This document shows positions 1-12,500 of a DNA stretch of 64,000 nucleotides, piece by piece. The notes beneath the pieces were generated by a model that was not told where the DNA came from, made no database searches, and was given only the letters and a program-made list of their open reading frames with translations. The stretch spans positions 1,922,001-1,986,000 of the forward strand of contig LSRY02000004.1 of assembly GCA_001643675.2 (NCBI GenBank), in the 5' to 3' direction. A program made the position numbers and the translations under genes. Positions within the stretch are counted from its first letter, which is position 1, and each line of letters starts with the position of its first letter. The stretch is from Monocercomonoides exilis PA203 (taxonomy: Eukaryota > Protista > Preaxostyla).

Positions 1-1166
1 GATGAAGAAGATGCAATATGCCTCTCAGTTGTAGAAGGAGGCTGCTGGCCGACTAAGTGCAAAGATTGATTGGAGCTTCCTTTTCGTTCTCCTCGTTCGC
101 TCTTCCGCTCAGAATCAGACGTTGTACCACGAGAACCGCCTGCGTGCTTTCGAATAAATAATCGCCTACAAAATTCACGCTGAGTTGGGATTACGTCCTT
201 CCCATTTACAGAGGCTATGTAAATTTTGCCAAATAAATATTATTTTCGAAATGAAAAAGAAATGTAAAGTATTATCCAAAAATATCAACTTCATACTCAC
301 AGAATTTGAATAAGTGATCGCCATTTCATGAAATTTTGGTTGTGAAGCAAGTGGAGTATTATTTAACGACAATTTTCTTAAAAATTTGGATGACATCAAG
401 AAATCACTTACAGACTGGAGAATAAAAGCCAGCTCACATAGTAAAAACAACAAAAGCCAAACAAAGCACACATCCCAATCAGATATTGGATTATCAGAAG
501 CATCAAGTGTATGCAATCTGAACAACTTCCACAAAACATTTAAAGAGTTTAATCCAACGCCAGCAATACTTAATACACAAAGTGAATTCTTTAAAAATTC
601 AAAATATTTCAAATATCTAATATGAAAAAATACATAAGTTTAGCAACATTTCATACTGCAACAGGATCCAAAACTTCATCATTAATAACAAAAGGTTCAT
701 CTTTATCAGTATCACCTTCTTTATTATCTCTTTTTTGATATGAAAGATGAAGTTCCTGATGCGTTCATTCTCCAAAATAGGAAAAAAAAATTAAGTTAAA
801 AAAACAAACTTGCAGATTTGTCGGTCCTTCAAGACTTACAATTTCCGTGATATGATTAAAATTGAGATAGAGATGTGTTAAAGAAGGGCATCCTTGAAGA
901 CCTTCTATTTTTTTGATGAAGTTATATTGTAAGTCAAGATGTGTAAGTGATGGAAAATTCAAGTGGGATATTTCTCTCAAAATATTGCTTCTAAGATATA
1001 AAACTTTTAGGGCCACACATCCCTCAAGGCCTTCAAGCGTTTCAATATTCTTTTCGTTTAAGGAAAGGTGAACAATTCTTTCGAGATATTCCTCGATAGA
1101 TTCTGTTGGTTTTTTCTTTTGCGAAGTTCCAACAGAAGAAATAATTAAATCTAAAGTGATTGACAT
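1..1166 (-). CDS. PPP1R42: Leucine-rich-repeat protein phosphatase 1 regulatory subunit 42 (LRRC67/TLRR)-like; 5 exons, 3' end runs off the window
   Basis: Starts MSITLDLI..EEYLERIVHLSLNEKNIETLEGL, followed by SDS22-type LRRs. GT-AG introns at 809-756, 656-589, 471-415 and ~296-215 restore the frame, giving ELHLSYQ..NSLCVLSI..LNNTPL..PKFHE..VNGKDV..QREF, collinear with my recollection of vertebrate PPP1R42. Confidence 0.8.
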
Positions 1167-1255
1167 ATAAATTGTGGGCTATTCAAAGAAAAACCTTTTA
1201 AAAGAGAGCAAAAACCACAAAATTTTTGTAACGAAAAAGTGAAAACACAGCTAAT

Positions 1256-1884
1256 TTATAACTGTATAATTATAAAAGAACGATTCATCGAAAAAAGAGA
1301 AAAACTTTTTTTTTGCCATTCAAATTGAACAGTATCACAATTACAAAAGCTCTTTTTTCTGTTGGACAAAAAGGAAATTATTTTTAAATAAGCGTTATTT
1401 ATTTTTTCCGGTTTTGTCTTTGCGTCAGCTTGTTTTAATGTAATAATTACATCATCTTTATCTTGTGTTGACTTTGCTGCAAAATGAAAGGTTATCTTCA
1501 ATTTTTCATCTTTGTTATTTACTAAAATAAAGTTCTTTATATTATGCTTTACAAAATTAAGAAATATCATACAAAAATCAGTAATTGATTTGTTTTCTTT
1601 TTTCGTATTTTCCACAATTGAATCAATATCCGCTTCTGGATTATCTAATAATATTTTACTTAATCCATAGCTAAGAATTATATGAATAAGATTGTTTTGA
1701 AAATCTCTATCAGATAAATCATCCTTACTCAATGACTTAACATGAAACCAAATGTTAAGCAAAAAGCAAAAAGCGATTTTTTTCAAACAATATTTAAGTC
1801 TTTAGAGCATTCACTTGGTATTTCAAGAAGAGGGAAATTTGAGTATGACAAAAGAGGTGATTCTTCTTTTTCTGTCCTTGCCAT
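1256..1884 (-). CDS. Small spliced hypothetical protein
   Basis: ATG at 1884; exon 1884-1789 ends at donor GTTTGA; acceptor AAG at 1736 joins in phase 0 to the 1256..1786 ORF. A second GTATGA..TTTTAG intron probably lies inside that ORF. No recognisable domain. Confidence 0.55.
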
Positions 1885-1977
1885 CAAAAAATAATGGGTA
1901 CCAAATATTCTTATTATTAGAAAATATTAAAGAAAATTTGAAATATATGAATTATATTGCTTGCTATTTCTTATAAA

Positions 1978-2258
1978 TTAGAGGATGGATTGAGATGTTC
2001 CTCGTTCAAAGCATAAAATATATCTTTGCTCTCTTCCTCCTCCCTTCCAGAACCTTTCAAAGAATGAAGTCCCATAAAACTCTTTCAATGTAGATGAAAA
2101 GGGAAGCATAGACGAAGCTGTTTGCTTCAATACAGAAGGATGAATCTTTTTTGCTTGATTTTCAACATAGTGCTTAACTTGTATTTCATCCTGGATAAAA
2201 AAAGAAAAGAAAAGAAAAGAAGAAATGGATTATCATAAATTCAAATTTCAAACATGAA

Positions 2259-2311
<53 letters not shown>

Positions 2312-4740
2312 GAAGAAGAAGAAGAAGAAGAAGAAGAAATGATTTCTTTTCTTTTCTTTTTTGTTCAAATGATAAAAAAGCATACAGTCGTGATAATCAG
2401 TTGACCAGGATGTGGGGCTATTTTCAAAGAAGCAGCAATCGAGCAAAGAAATGCAGAATTTAAGAAGTACGTTGTTGATTGAGGCCACGATGGCGGCTGA
2501 GGAAAATTGATAAAAACAGCATCAACAGAAGAGCTAAGCAAAGCGCCCTGTGAAAAGAGCTGGACAGCATCTCCACAGACAATTCGCAGCTGGTCGAAAA
2601 GGGATGGCCTTTTGACGAGGGAAGACGTTGGCTGCTTGAAAGGCACAGAAGGCACAGAAGGCACAAGCAATTGGGCCATTATTGCTCGCGCCCACATTTC
2701 AAACACACGCTCGAATCGCAGCTCCATCGAAATCCAATTTGCTTCAGAGAGGGGAAAGTGCATTGTGAAAGGAAGAGGAGAAGAGGAAGAGGAGGAGGAA
2801 GAAGAGGAAGAAGATGGAGAAGAGGAAGAAGATGACTGAAATGAAGATGAACGTGAAGTGGAAGTGAGATGATACAGAAGCCATTCTCCGTTCCCTGGCC
2901 CAACTTCAATGCACAATGGGCGTGTTGGATCAGAAAACGAAGGGATCAAAGACGAATGCGATGTTTTCTTTGATAAGAGCAGCTCGCTCATCAAGTTGTG
3001 CTTTTGGGATGAAATATTTAATTTTGCTCTTTTATCTGATTTGTGGAGAATTCCATCATTTTCATCCTCTTCGTCCTCTTTCTCTTTTTTGACTTTTGAT
3101 TCTTTTTCCTTGCACAAATAAGTTGGCTTTCCTCCAACACCAGAATGTGATCCCCACCCAGCCATCACGACAGCCTCACCGCCAATTTCTGGAAAGCCCT
3201 GTATTTTCCCTCTTTCCTTCTTTTTTCCCAAAGTTCTTCCTGCATTTGAAGGCTCTTGTGTAATGTGTGATTGTTCTATCTTCCTAAGATACTCTCTTAT
3301 TCGAGCACACATCTGCTGGCTTTCTCTCTTTCTCTGAGACGAAAATATTTTCTGCGAAGTTGACTGAGCTTCTTTTGAACCTCTTTTGTCGCTCTTATGC
3401 AGCGGCTCATCTTCGCTAACAGACGTTGACCGAAGAGCCAAAAGAACTCCGTTCTGAGCTCGCTCTTTCTCTCCGCAGAGCGCTGAACAAAGGCTGAGCT
3501 GCGTTAAAACAGCTGCCCATGCCGATGGGGTGTTTGTGGAATCAGAACATTCGTCTTCGTCGCTTTCGCCTTCGTCATTGTCATTTTCAAATTGTTCATC
3601 CTGAAGCTCGGCAGAAGAGAAAGACTTTTGAAGAGTCGAAGATGAATTGCTACTTATTTTTCTTTCTATTGAGCTTGTTATGTTGTGTTCGTGCGACAAC
3701 TGATTTGACGCTGCTTTCAGGTTCTTTTCTGCACTTTTTGCTTTATTTTGCAAGCTTTTGACATGATCGCTCCAATCGCCACATTCTGCCTTCATGCGAC
3801 TGCACAGCCTCCAGCCGGCTTCTTCGTTAAGTGTTTGAGCATAACACAATATTCCATACTCAAAAGTCGAAGTGTTGGGGTTAAGCACAAAAGGTTCTTC
3901 ACGCTTGTCGTTATGATCGTACTTTGCAGACTTTGAACTCGTCTGTGAAGGTCTAAGAATCGTTGCAAAAAGGTAGTCAACAAGAGCGCATTCATCGCCC
4001 TTTCGAACGCAACCTCGAAGAAGAGTATTAACAGTTCTGATGTTTGGTCTGATTCCTTCTTCAAATGTCAAAGTTGGATGAGAAGGGAAAGGAAAACTTA
4101 TGAAGCTCGAATCAAAGCACTTCATCATTGAAGAAAATACAAAATAAGCTTCTTTCATCAATCCTAGTGATACATATCCCTTGATAAGAGAAGTAACATG
4201 AACAACATTGAGCTTCAAGCTAAAGATTGACGAAAACTCAAGCATAAGATTTATTCCTAAGAGAGATTCGCCGCATCGTTGACAGCAATTTGAAATGATT
4301 GTTAATGTGTGTGAATTTGGTTTTACAGATGATGAACAATAACAGTTCAAAAAGATAAGCATGTCATCCAGCCTCTAAAATAAAATGTATGAAAATTATT
4401 TTTTGCTAAATCAATCCATCGTAAAAAAACTCACCTTTTGAGATGATAGTTCTTGTAACTTTTTGTTTAGATGAAAAGTATTGTTCACTTTCATTGAAAA
4501 GGATTTTACAGGAGTTTGAGACAGTTGAGAGCAACGTAAATCTAACGAACGAAGATATTTTCTAAGCGAGTTACTGTTACTTTCCTAAAATTATAAACTC
4601 TATGTTAATTAAAAGGGACAACAAGCTTAAAACAATCAGCCAACAAGAAACGATTCTGATTCATCACTTAAATCAACACTCTTTTGTGATATTTCTTCAT
4701 CAACGATCTTCTCTTCTATAGTCGTAATGTTTCTGCGCAT
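1978..4740 (-). CDS. PPR repeat + TrmB-like (tRNA guanine-N7) SAM methyltransferase fusion (PPR-TGM type), ~815 aa, 4 exons
   Basis: Exons 4740-4645, 4584-4435, 4374-2386, 2190-1978. PPR-like units: VVHVTSLIKGYVSLGLMKEAY, IRPNIRTVNTLLRGCVRKGD, PNTSTFEYGILCYAQ. TrmB motifs: LCIEVGPGNGEWL, NWISMELRFER, LRIVCGDA, SVDAVFINFPQPP, ITTD, YGTSFFERFW..RY. Confidence 0.8.
2258..2338. repeat. Compound microsatellite (AAT)n followed by (AAG)n inside the last intron of the PPR-methyltransferase gene
   Basis: Directly visible; lies within intron 2385-2191. Confidence 0.95.
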
Positions 4741-5441
4741 AATTGAAAATGCTTTCTTTTTCAAGAGAAAAATTAACTTGAATTACTTAATAATTTTGTT
4801 ATTTAATGGATCATAATCAAAAATGCATCGCCTTGTGCAGCTGATAAATTGATGAAGCTATTTAGATGAAAGATATAATAAAAAGACATTTGAAAACACC
4901 AAAGAATCTTTCTGACATGCATACAATTTAATCACATAAAAGCCACCAAATCAATCCTTCACCAATTGAAGTTTTGCAGTGCACCGGTTTGATTAGGTTT
5001 GTTGATTGCGAAGACCTGATACATAAAATACTTTTAACATTTAAAATTTCATTTTGTATGCATGCTTTTCATCTTTAGTGAACTTTATCTTCCATTTTTG
5101 AGATCCATTGAAATAAGAACGAATAAGAAGGTCCACAGCATCAGGACATTAAACTCGTCACATGAACATTTGGTCACATAAGCATTTCGGTTTTCAATAA
5201 ATATTCAATTCTTAATAAATGAATTTACAATTTTTAACTTTGAAAATTTTCCAAATCAAAGTAGGAATAACTGAAATAACCATGACCAAAAGTTCAAATA
5301 AAAGAAGAACATGTAGTGAGTATGATTGATAATGATTAAAAAGCCTTTCATCAAAGCAACAAAAGTTTGATATTATGTACGATTTCTCTTTAAACACATC
5401 AATCGAACTGCTTAAAAGAACATTTGGAATCTTCCTTTTTC

Positions 5442-5513
5442 AGCGACGTGGCTCAGTGGGAGAGTGGTGGGCCCATAACCCACAGGTCACAAGATCGAAA
5501 CTTGTCGTCGCTA
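5442..5513 (+). tRNA. trnM-CAT: Initiator tRNA-Met (CAT)
   Basis: Acceptor stem AGCGACG/CGTCGCT with A1:U72; anticodon stem GTGGG/CCCAC with three G-C pairs and loop CCCATAA; T-loop ATCGAAA (A54, A60); T-run just downstream. Confidence 0.96.
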
Positions 5514-6117
5514 AATATTTTTTTGTATTTCATTGGTGTATTTCTCTTTATTTAATTTATTTTGGCATTGATCAAATAATAAAGTTTTTAGTTATTATTA
5601 TTATAATTTTTTTTTTTTATTGAACAAAATTCGCTTTTTAAATATGATTGAAATTTGATTTGAATGATATTTGCTGAAATGATCGTTATTTATTTTTTGT
5701 TTCAGTTTTATTTTCTTTTGGTTTATCTTTTTAATTAATTTATATGTTTATTTATTGTATAGAAATATTCAAAAAATTTTTAAGCTATTATATTTTTCTG
5801 AGCAATCAATGCGATGAACCTTTAATTTTTAAAAAAAGTTGAAAATTTCTTTAGAATTTGTATTTGAATTACGTAAATCTTTTATCTATCAGATAAGTTT
5901 TTGGACAGGTTTTAAAATTGCACATCAGAGAAATTGAATTTTATTGTTCACATTAAAGTTTTAAGAATAGAAAATGAGTCGAATTGAACAAAAAATAGAA
6001 AGTTTAAAGAAAAGAAAAAGAAGATGTTGTCAAAAATAGTTGAATAGTTTATTGAAAAAAACCAATGATTTCTGTGGAATTGATAAAAGTAATGGAAAAA
6101 ATTTGTTTTTTCAAGGA

Positions 6118-6190
6118 GCCTGGTTAGCTCAGTCGGTAGAGCGTTGCTCTAATAAGGCAACGGTCGCAGGTTCGAGCCCTGCACTAGGCA
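6118..6190 (+). tRNA. trnI-AAT: tRNA-Ile (AAT)
   Basis: Acceptor GCCTGGT/ACTAGGC; D arm GCTC-AGTCGGTA-GAGC; anticodon arm TTGCT-CTAATAA-GGCAA; T arm GCAGG-TTCGAGC-CCTGC; downstream T-run. Confidence 0.96.
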
Positions 6191-6588
6191 GTTGTATTTT
6201 TTGTTTTTTCAATATGAAATATTTTATGATGAGGGAATGTGTTTGATAAAGTTAAGCTGTAACGTTGCGTGTTTAATTTTTCAATCTTATTTTTTTTTTT
6301 TTTCTTTTTTATTTCTGGAAATTAGCAAATTAACAAAAGTTTGTATTTGTTGGAAAAACTTTCTCATAATTTTCTGAGTCTTTTTTCTGCAAAGTGATTT
6401 AATGCATATCTCATAATCAGTTGCTTTGAGTGAAAAAATAAAAGAATTTGTACTGTTTTTGGATATTTTTAAAATATTTACAACAAACAATAAATACTAC
6501 TGAAATGAAAAATTTTGTGAGATGATGGCGTTAAAATTAGCAAACAAAATTTCGATATTTTCTTTTGTGAATAATAGAAAATCATACA

Positions 6589-9500
6589 CTAAGAAAGGAG
6601 GAGGCAAGAACCAGAAAGTGTCCACTCATCTTCTTCTGAAAGAGGTTGTTTGTGAGAAGAGCCAGATTCACAGAGTGGAAGTCTGATATTCATAAGAAGC
6701 CTTTCTCTTTGTTCGTTGATATAGACAGGAAATTCAAAGAATCCAGTGCGGGCGAGCTGATGTTGTGCTGATGACGTTGAAGATTGGGATTGGAGATAGA
6801 GGTGAGCTGACTGGGGCGGAACAAACTGTGCAAAAGAAGCGTCTTCTTTGTGAAGTGATTTTGGAATCCACGCCAATGCGATGCTTGCATTGAGCAGCGA
6901 AACAGATGAAGTGCCTGGCTCTGCAGGAGCCATTCCCTGAGACTTCCACACGCCTCCCTGTATTCTAAGCCCAGAGACAAAGCACGGAGCGCATCCACCA
7001 ACTTGCCAGCCTGGCGGAACAGACGAAGCATGACTGGATGATTGCCCGGAAGACGAGACAACACATGCCTCCATCTTCAGCTCATCCATGGCACAGCTAA
7101 GGTTTCTGGCTGTTTGTTGCCGCAGAGCATTCAAAAGCATGGCAGGACGGAAGAGCAGCCCCAGATTGATTGTCTCTTTGAAGACTGAAGGAAATCCTGC
7201 AGATGCAGAAGAGATACTTTTGGATGAGCCAAACGGAAGTGAAAACTTTGTGATGTGCTGAGAAGTGATAGTTGTAAGCTTCCAGATGTTTTTCGCACGA
7301 TGGACAGCACCACGGAGAAATGCACTGCAAGAAGAAGGCCCAGAATCCCAGAGTGAATCCCATTTTGGCGGGACAGCATCGACAATGAGCGCTTCGCCTG
7401 TTTGGCGCAGTTGAGGAGTAATAGGGATCTCTCCATTGATCAGTGCATCGAGATCTTTGATGTCGTTGTCAATAGTCGAAAGGAGGGAATGAGAAAAGCG
7501 TGACTCGATCAAGAAGAACAAGTCAATCGGAGAAGTTTCAGATGTTGTTGGCTGTTTCAATGAAGGATGCAAAGAAATCAGATTAATTGCTTCATGTGGC
7601 GAGGATGAAGAATTCTCCTCCGACTGAGCATTCAAAAGCACGTTCCACATTGCTATGATTGGAGATAATGCACTTTCCCACGTGTCTCTGTCAAATGATC
7701 CACTGCCACTGCTGCTCCCCTCACCTCCAGAATGTGATAGTCTTTTCAAAGATGTGGTGAGTTCCAGCGCTTGTGCAGATTGAACTGTGCCTTCGATATT
7801 GGAAGGAAGGTGGAAAAGGAACGGTGGATCCTGATCAGGCAGCAGCTTCAGAGAATCAATGTACGGTGTAATAATGCGGGTGGTTGCTGCAATTCGAGCA
7901 TGTTGAAGAGGCGCTCCGAGGAGTGCGAGGCTTTCTGATGTCAGAAGAGGATTGGAGAACCAGTGCCGAAGATACGACTCAAGCACTTTCCAGTCTGACG
8001 GGTTGTCGATCCTCCCACCATACACTGTGTATGCCAGCAATCCCCGAATGGTCTCCCATGGAATTGCAACAGAAGCACCAGAACCAGCTTGGCGTGTTCT
8101 GCTTCCAGCGTTGACAGCATTGCTCGATGATGCAGCTCGCAATGTTGCATCAAGCTGATTGTCGATGATGTCTACTGCAGACCGCAGATCAGCTGAGGAG
8201 AATTCATATGCTCTGATCCATCCCTGTGGCACGTATGTTCTCCTCTCTTGCACAACGGCATGCAACCATGCCAACGCAAACAGGATTCGAGAGCGAGCAG
8301 GAGATGTTCCAGACAGCCCGTTGCCCTTCTCAAAGCGCCCATCCTCGCGCCATGAGTCAAATGTACGGGCCAAGTTCTTCTTCAGCCCAGGAGGTGCTTC
8401 ATATGTGATTTTCAGGCATTGTCTAAGTAACACAGGAGAGAATCTGTCGTGTGCTTCGCTTGTGAGGAACAAGCGGAACTCAGCATGGAGTGTTGGTCCC
8501 AGCGCAGCCAACAGCTTCTCCAGATCGTTCAGCCATTCGGGCATCAGATGCACGTTTTTGAGGCAGACCCAGCTTCTTGTAGAAGACACACGACGTAGGA
8601 GATCCAGTGCAACGTCTCCTTGTCCTTGTCCCATGGCAATGGCATAATAATTATCAGCGCCAACTGTTCTCTTTGCGATATCTTCCAGATCAACAGTTGG
8701 ATCAATACCTGGCGTGACTATCATCAGAATAGGAGATGAAGGAGAGCATTCATTTGCAGCAACATCAACAATCGAAAATGGAGGTGGATCGATTGAATCA
8801 ACGCCCAATGCTGCCTTCACAAACAAGAGACACTGACTGACAAGACGATCAGGACGGCATGCCTGCACAAGGAGGACACGCTGGAAGAGTGAGAGAGTTG
8901 AAGAAGAAGAAGAAGAAGTGCTGCGGACTTGCTTCCCCATCGACTCTCCGACAGGCGATGGAATAGGCGGAGGTGCAGCCAGTGGAAATGCATTCTCGCA
9001 TTGTGTGGTGCTCAGCCATTGAGCCCATCTTGCTGGGCCAACTGCTCTCAGCTGCGCCAACTCCTCAAATCGAGGGATGGTGCCCATCAGCTGCGCAACA
9101 GCTTCTTTCGCTTCAGGAGGCACCCACTGTGGCACAGAAGAGATGGAAACAGGGGGCTGCGTGTATCTCCCTAAGAAGTGGTCCCATTCACCCGGACCAA
9201 AAGCGGCAGGGCAAACAGCATGGACCAAGTGCAATCCAAAGGCGAGTCTGTCTCCTTTGAACATTCCTCTGCTCACAGTTATCAGCGTCGAGTTCAGCAG
9301 CAGTTGTCCCATATTAGTAATTCGAGTAGCGAGGTCAGACGATTGGGCTGAGAACTTCAGAGAGTTGGAAAAGAGAGACAAGAAAGATGATTGTGAATAC
9401 TGGTACATGTGGTTAATGGCAGAAAGGGATAAGAGCAAGAAGTAAAGTGTGCCTCCAAGCACAGCAAGCGGTCTGTATGCATCGCGTTTGTTGCTCAGCT

Positions 9501-12500
9501 CCATCTGCAGCTTTGTTGACTCTGCAAGCGATTCGCTGATTTTCTTTGATTTCGCTTTCGTTTCGTTCAGTGATTCAATCAGTGCAGTGTCTTCGAGAAT
9601 GTTCGCCTTCGAATTTGCCAGTCTGTCCAGCAGCTGCTTCTCAAGGTCTGCCAAATCGAGACGCAGCTTCTCTTCCTTCTGCAGCAGCTGCGACCGCTGC
9701 ACTTCAATCGTGGGCTGCTCGTTCTGGATGGTCATCGACAGCAGCTGTGCTTCAAGGCCGGCTCTTGTCGTAGTGAAGGAGACTTCAGACACAATTCCTC
9801 GAGCATCGGGGGGAAGCTGAGGCGTGGGATTACGCGTCACAAGGAACAAGCAGAACTTCTCATCCACTTCGACTTGCTTCTCGCCCAGCTGCACTGTCAG
9901 CCTATTTCCCTGTTTTTGGAGTTCTCCTCTCAAAAACGGAAACAGAACAGGCTCAATCTGATCCATCTCCTGCACAACAAGTACTTTTCCCCAGCGCACT
10001 GCCAATTCCAGCCGAGACAGGAATTTCGGGTCATTCTGCTGAATAACATCAACATTCACACTCCCAGCTTTTTCTTGTGTTGAGCTGGATGATGCGCTCG
10101 CAGAGGAAGATGCTGATGCAGATGATGATGCAGAAGCAGAAGCAGAAGCAGAAGCAGAAGAAGATGAAGATGAAGAAGTTGATGATGCCTGTTTTCCATC
10201 GAGTGATAAGTGTTTGAGAGAAGCAATGAGCCACGTGGTGATGGTGGATGTGGGGTCGATAATAAACAAAGTAGCAAATGGAGACGTTGCTGCAGCTTCA
10301 ATTGCATCAGAAGTTGCTCCTAAAGCGACCTGCTGCTGGGCTTTGATGGTTGTAGTGATCATCACTGCATTCTCAACAGAGAGCTCGTCAGACGGGAGCC
10401 CTTCGCTCTTCCACTTCAGCCTTTCTGCTTCTGTGCTCATAAACTGCGAATAGTTGAAGGGAATCGGGTTGGGAGAGTACAAAAACGACAGCTTGCCTCC
10501 TTTCCTTCCGATTGCATCTGAAAGAGCCGAAGAATCAGAAGATTTGCTCTTGCCATCAGCAGAACCAGAAATCCGCTCAGAAAGCTCGCAATAATCGATC
10601 AGCCACTGTCTAACAGTCGCTTCCCTGCGATCTTCTGTCTCTTTGCTGAGGTAGATGTGGAATGCAGCAGATAGCAGAGCCTGAAGAGGCAGTCGAACAA
10701 GCTCTTCGTTCATCGTCTTGATTTGATTGACCCATCGGTCTTTTTCATCAGCCAGCTGAGACAAAAGGCGGGATGCGGAGTCTCTTCTCTCTTTGACTTC
10801 TTCCAGTCTCACCTCCAGCCGCTTTGCATCCTGCATCTTGTCGCCCAGATCCTCCTGCAGCGCCTTCTGCTCTTTCTCCAGCTCAACCACAGTCTTCTGG
10901 CACTTCTCCAGCTCCCGCGCCATCTCCTCACTCTGCCGCCTGTTTTCGGCTGCTTTGTCCTCCAGTGGCTTCACATTCTCCTTCACAGCAGCAAAGCGGA
11001 GGCACGCCTGCACCCACACCGCCATTGGCCCGACAGCCTTCGAGGCCTTCATCGCGTTTTCGAATTTGAACGAGTTCGGGTTCTTGGAGATGGCTGCCTG
11101 CACGTTCTTTCGTGTCCCCACTTGGATGAGATCAGGATTCAGCGACACGATCTGGTCGACCATTCCTTGCTTGCTCAGAAAGGCCTTCATTGATCCCCAG
11201 GATGTGTCTGCCACGCCAAACAGCGTCAGCACAGCAGACATGATGTTCTTCACCACTTCTGGCGGGTTATTCATTGACTTCAGCTCGTTAATATCTGCCT
11301 TTGATATTCCAGTCACTGCCTTTTTAGCTGCCTCGAGAACAGGCTGCACTTCTGACAACTCTTTTTCAATCTCTTTTGTTTGAATTGCAATTTCTTCTGT
11401 TTGCTTTTTAAGCTGCTTCTCCAGAACCAAAGCTTGAGATCGCTCTTTTGTGACTGTCTGCACTTTTTGCTGTATTTTCTGCATCAGTGCTTTGCATTCT
11501 GCCTGCTTCTTCTCCACCTCTTTGCCCTGATGTGCTGCCTCCTTCGAAAGTGAGTCAACAAGCTCATTTGCCGATTGGAGCTTCTCAACACCCGCACTCA
11601 GATGTTTGTGTGCTCCCTTTCGAGAAGACATGCGCTCGTAATAAACACTACAGAAAGCTTGCAGAAGCCTCACAAAGTCTCTTGGCCCAGCTGTTGTTTC
11701 GCTCGATCGACTGGAATTGTCCAACGAACGGCGTGTGTGAATAGCAAGACACAGATTGGATAAAGTGGATGCTGTTGGTATTGGCAGCAATGTTGCTAAT
11801 GAAGCGCTTTGTGATGCTGAACCATTTGGAGATGGCGACATCTTTGTTTGAGGAACTTCCTTTGAAATGGTTTTGAACAGTGGAAGAAGCATCGATCTGG
11901 TCACGCTTTTCATTGAGGCATTGCTCCACTCGCCCATCCAAAGCACATTCGCTCGTGTGAACAAGGAAGGGTGGCTGGAGAGTCTCCGCTCAAAGTCGCG
12001 AGATGTGCAGTCAAAAGATAGCACAACATGCAGATTCCTTCTTAAACAAGCAGCAATCAACGCGTCAAGTCGGTTGTTTGGATCTCGGTATGATAGTTTC
12101 AAGAACGCCCGTTGAAGTTGCACAGCTGCTGCTCCACTTCCACTGCTTCCACCAGCTCCACCTCCAGTTCCGACAGACGACAGCAGCTTTGCTCCTTTGG
12201 CTTGCTCTTCTTCAAGATCTTCTTTCAACTGCTCTCGAAGTTGCTCCATCTCTTCAGCGTTGTAGAATGCATGGACGTCTTGTGACTGGACAAGCGTGGT
12301 TGCATAATCCAACAGCAAGTCACCGATGCCTTCTGCAGACACGTGACAATCTTCAATGAAAAGGCAAGCACCTTCATTTTCCACAACGCAGCACTGGACA
12401 ATTGATCTGAAAAATGCCTTTAGTGATTTAGCATCAAACCATTTTCCAATAGTTGGAGTAAAGAGATGCAGATTGTGAGAAAATGCCACAAGTTGAAGAA

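Noticed and set aside
4800-5400. Possible small multi-exon gene on the minus strand before tRNA-iMet
   Set aside because: Splice-like signals and a hydrophobic stretch exist, but I could not build a consistent open frame.
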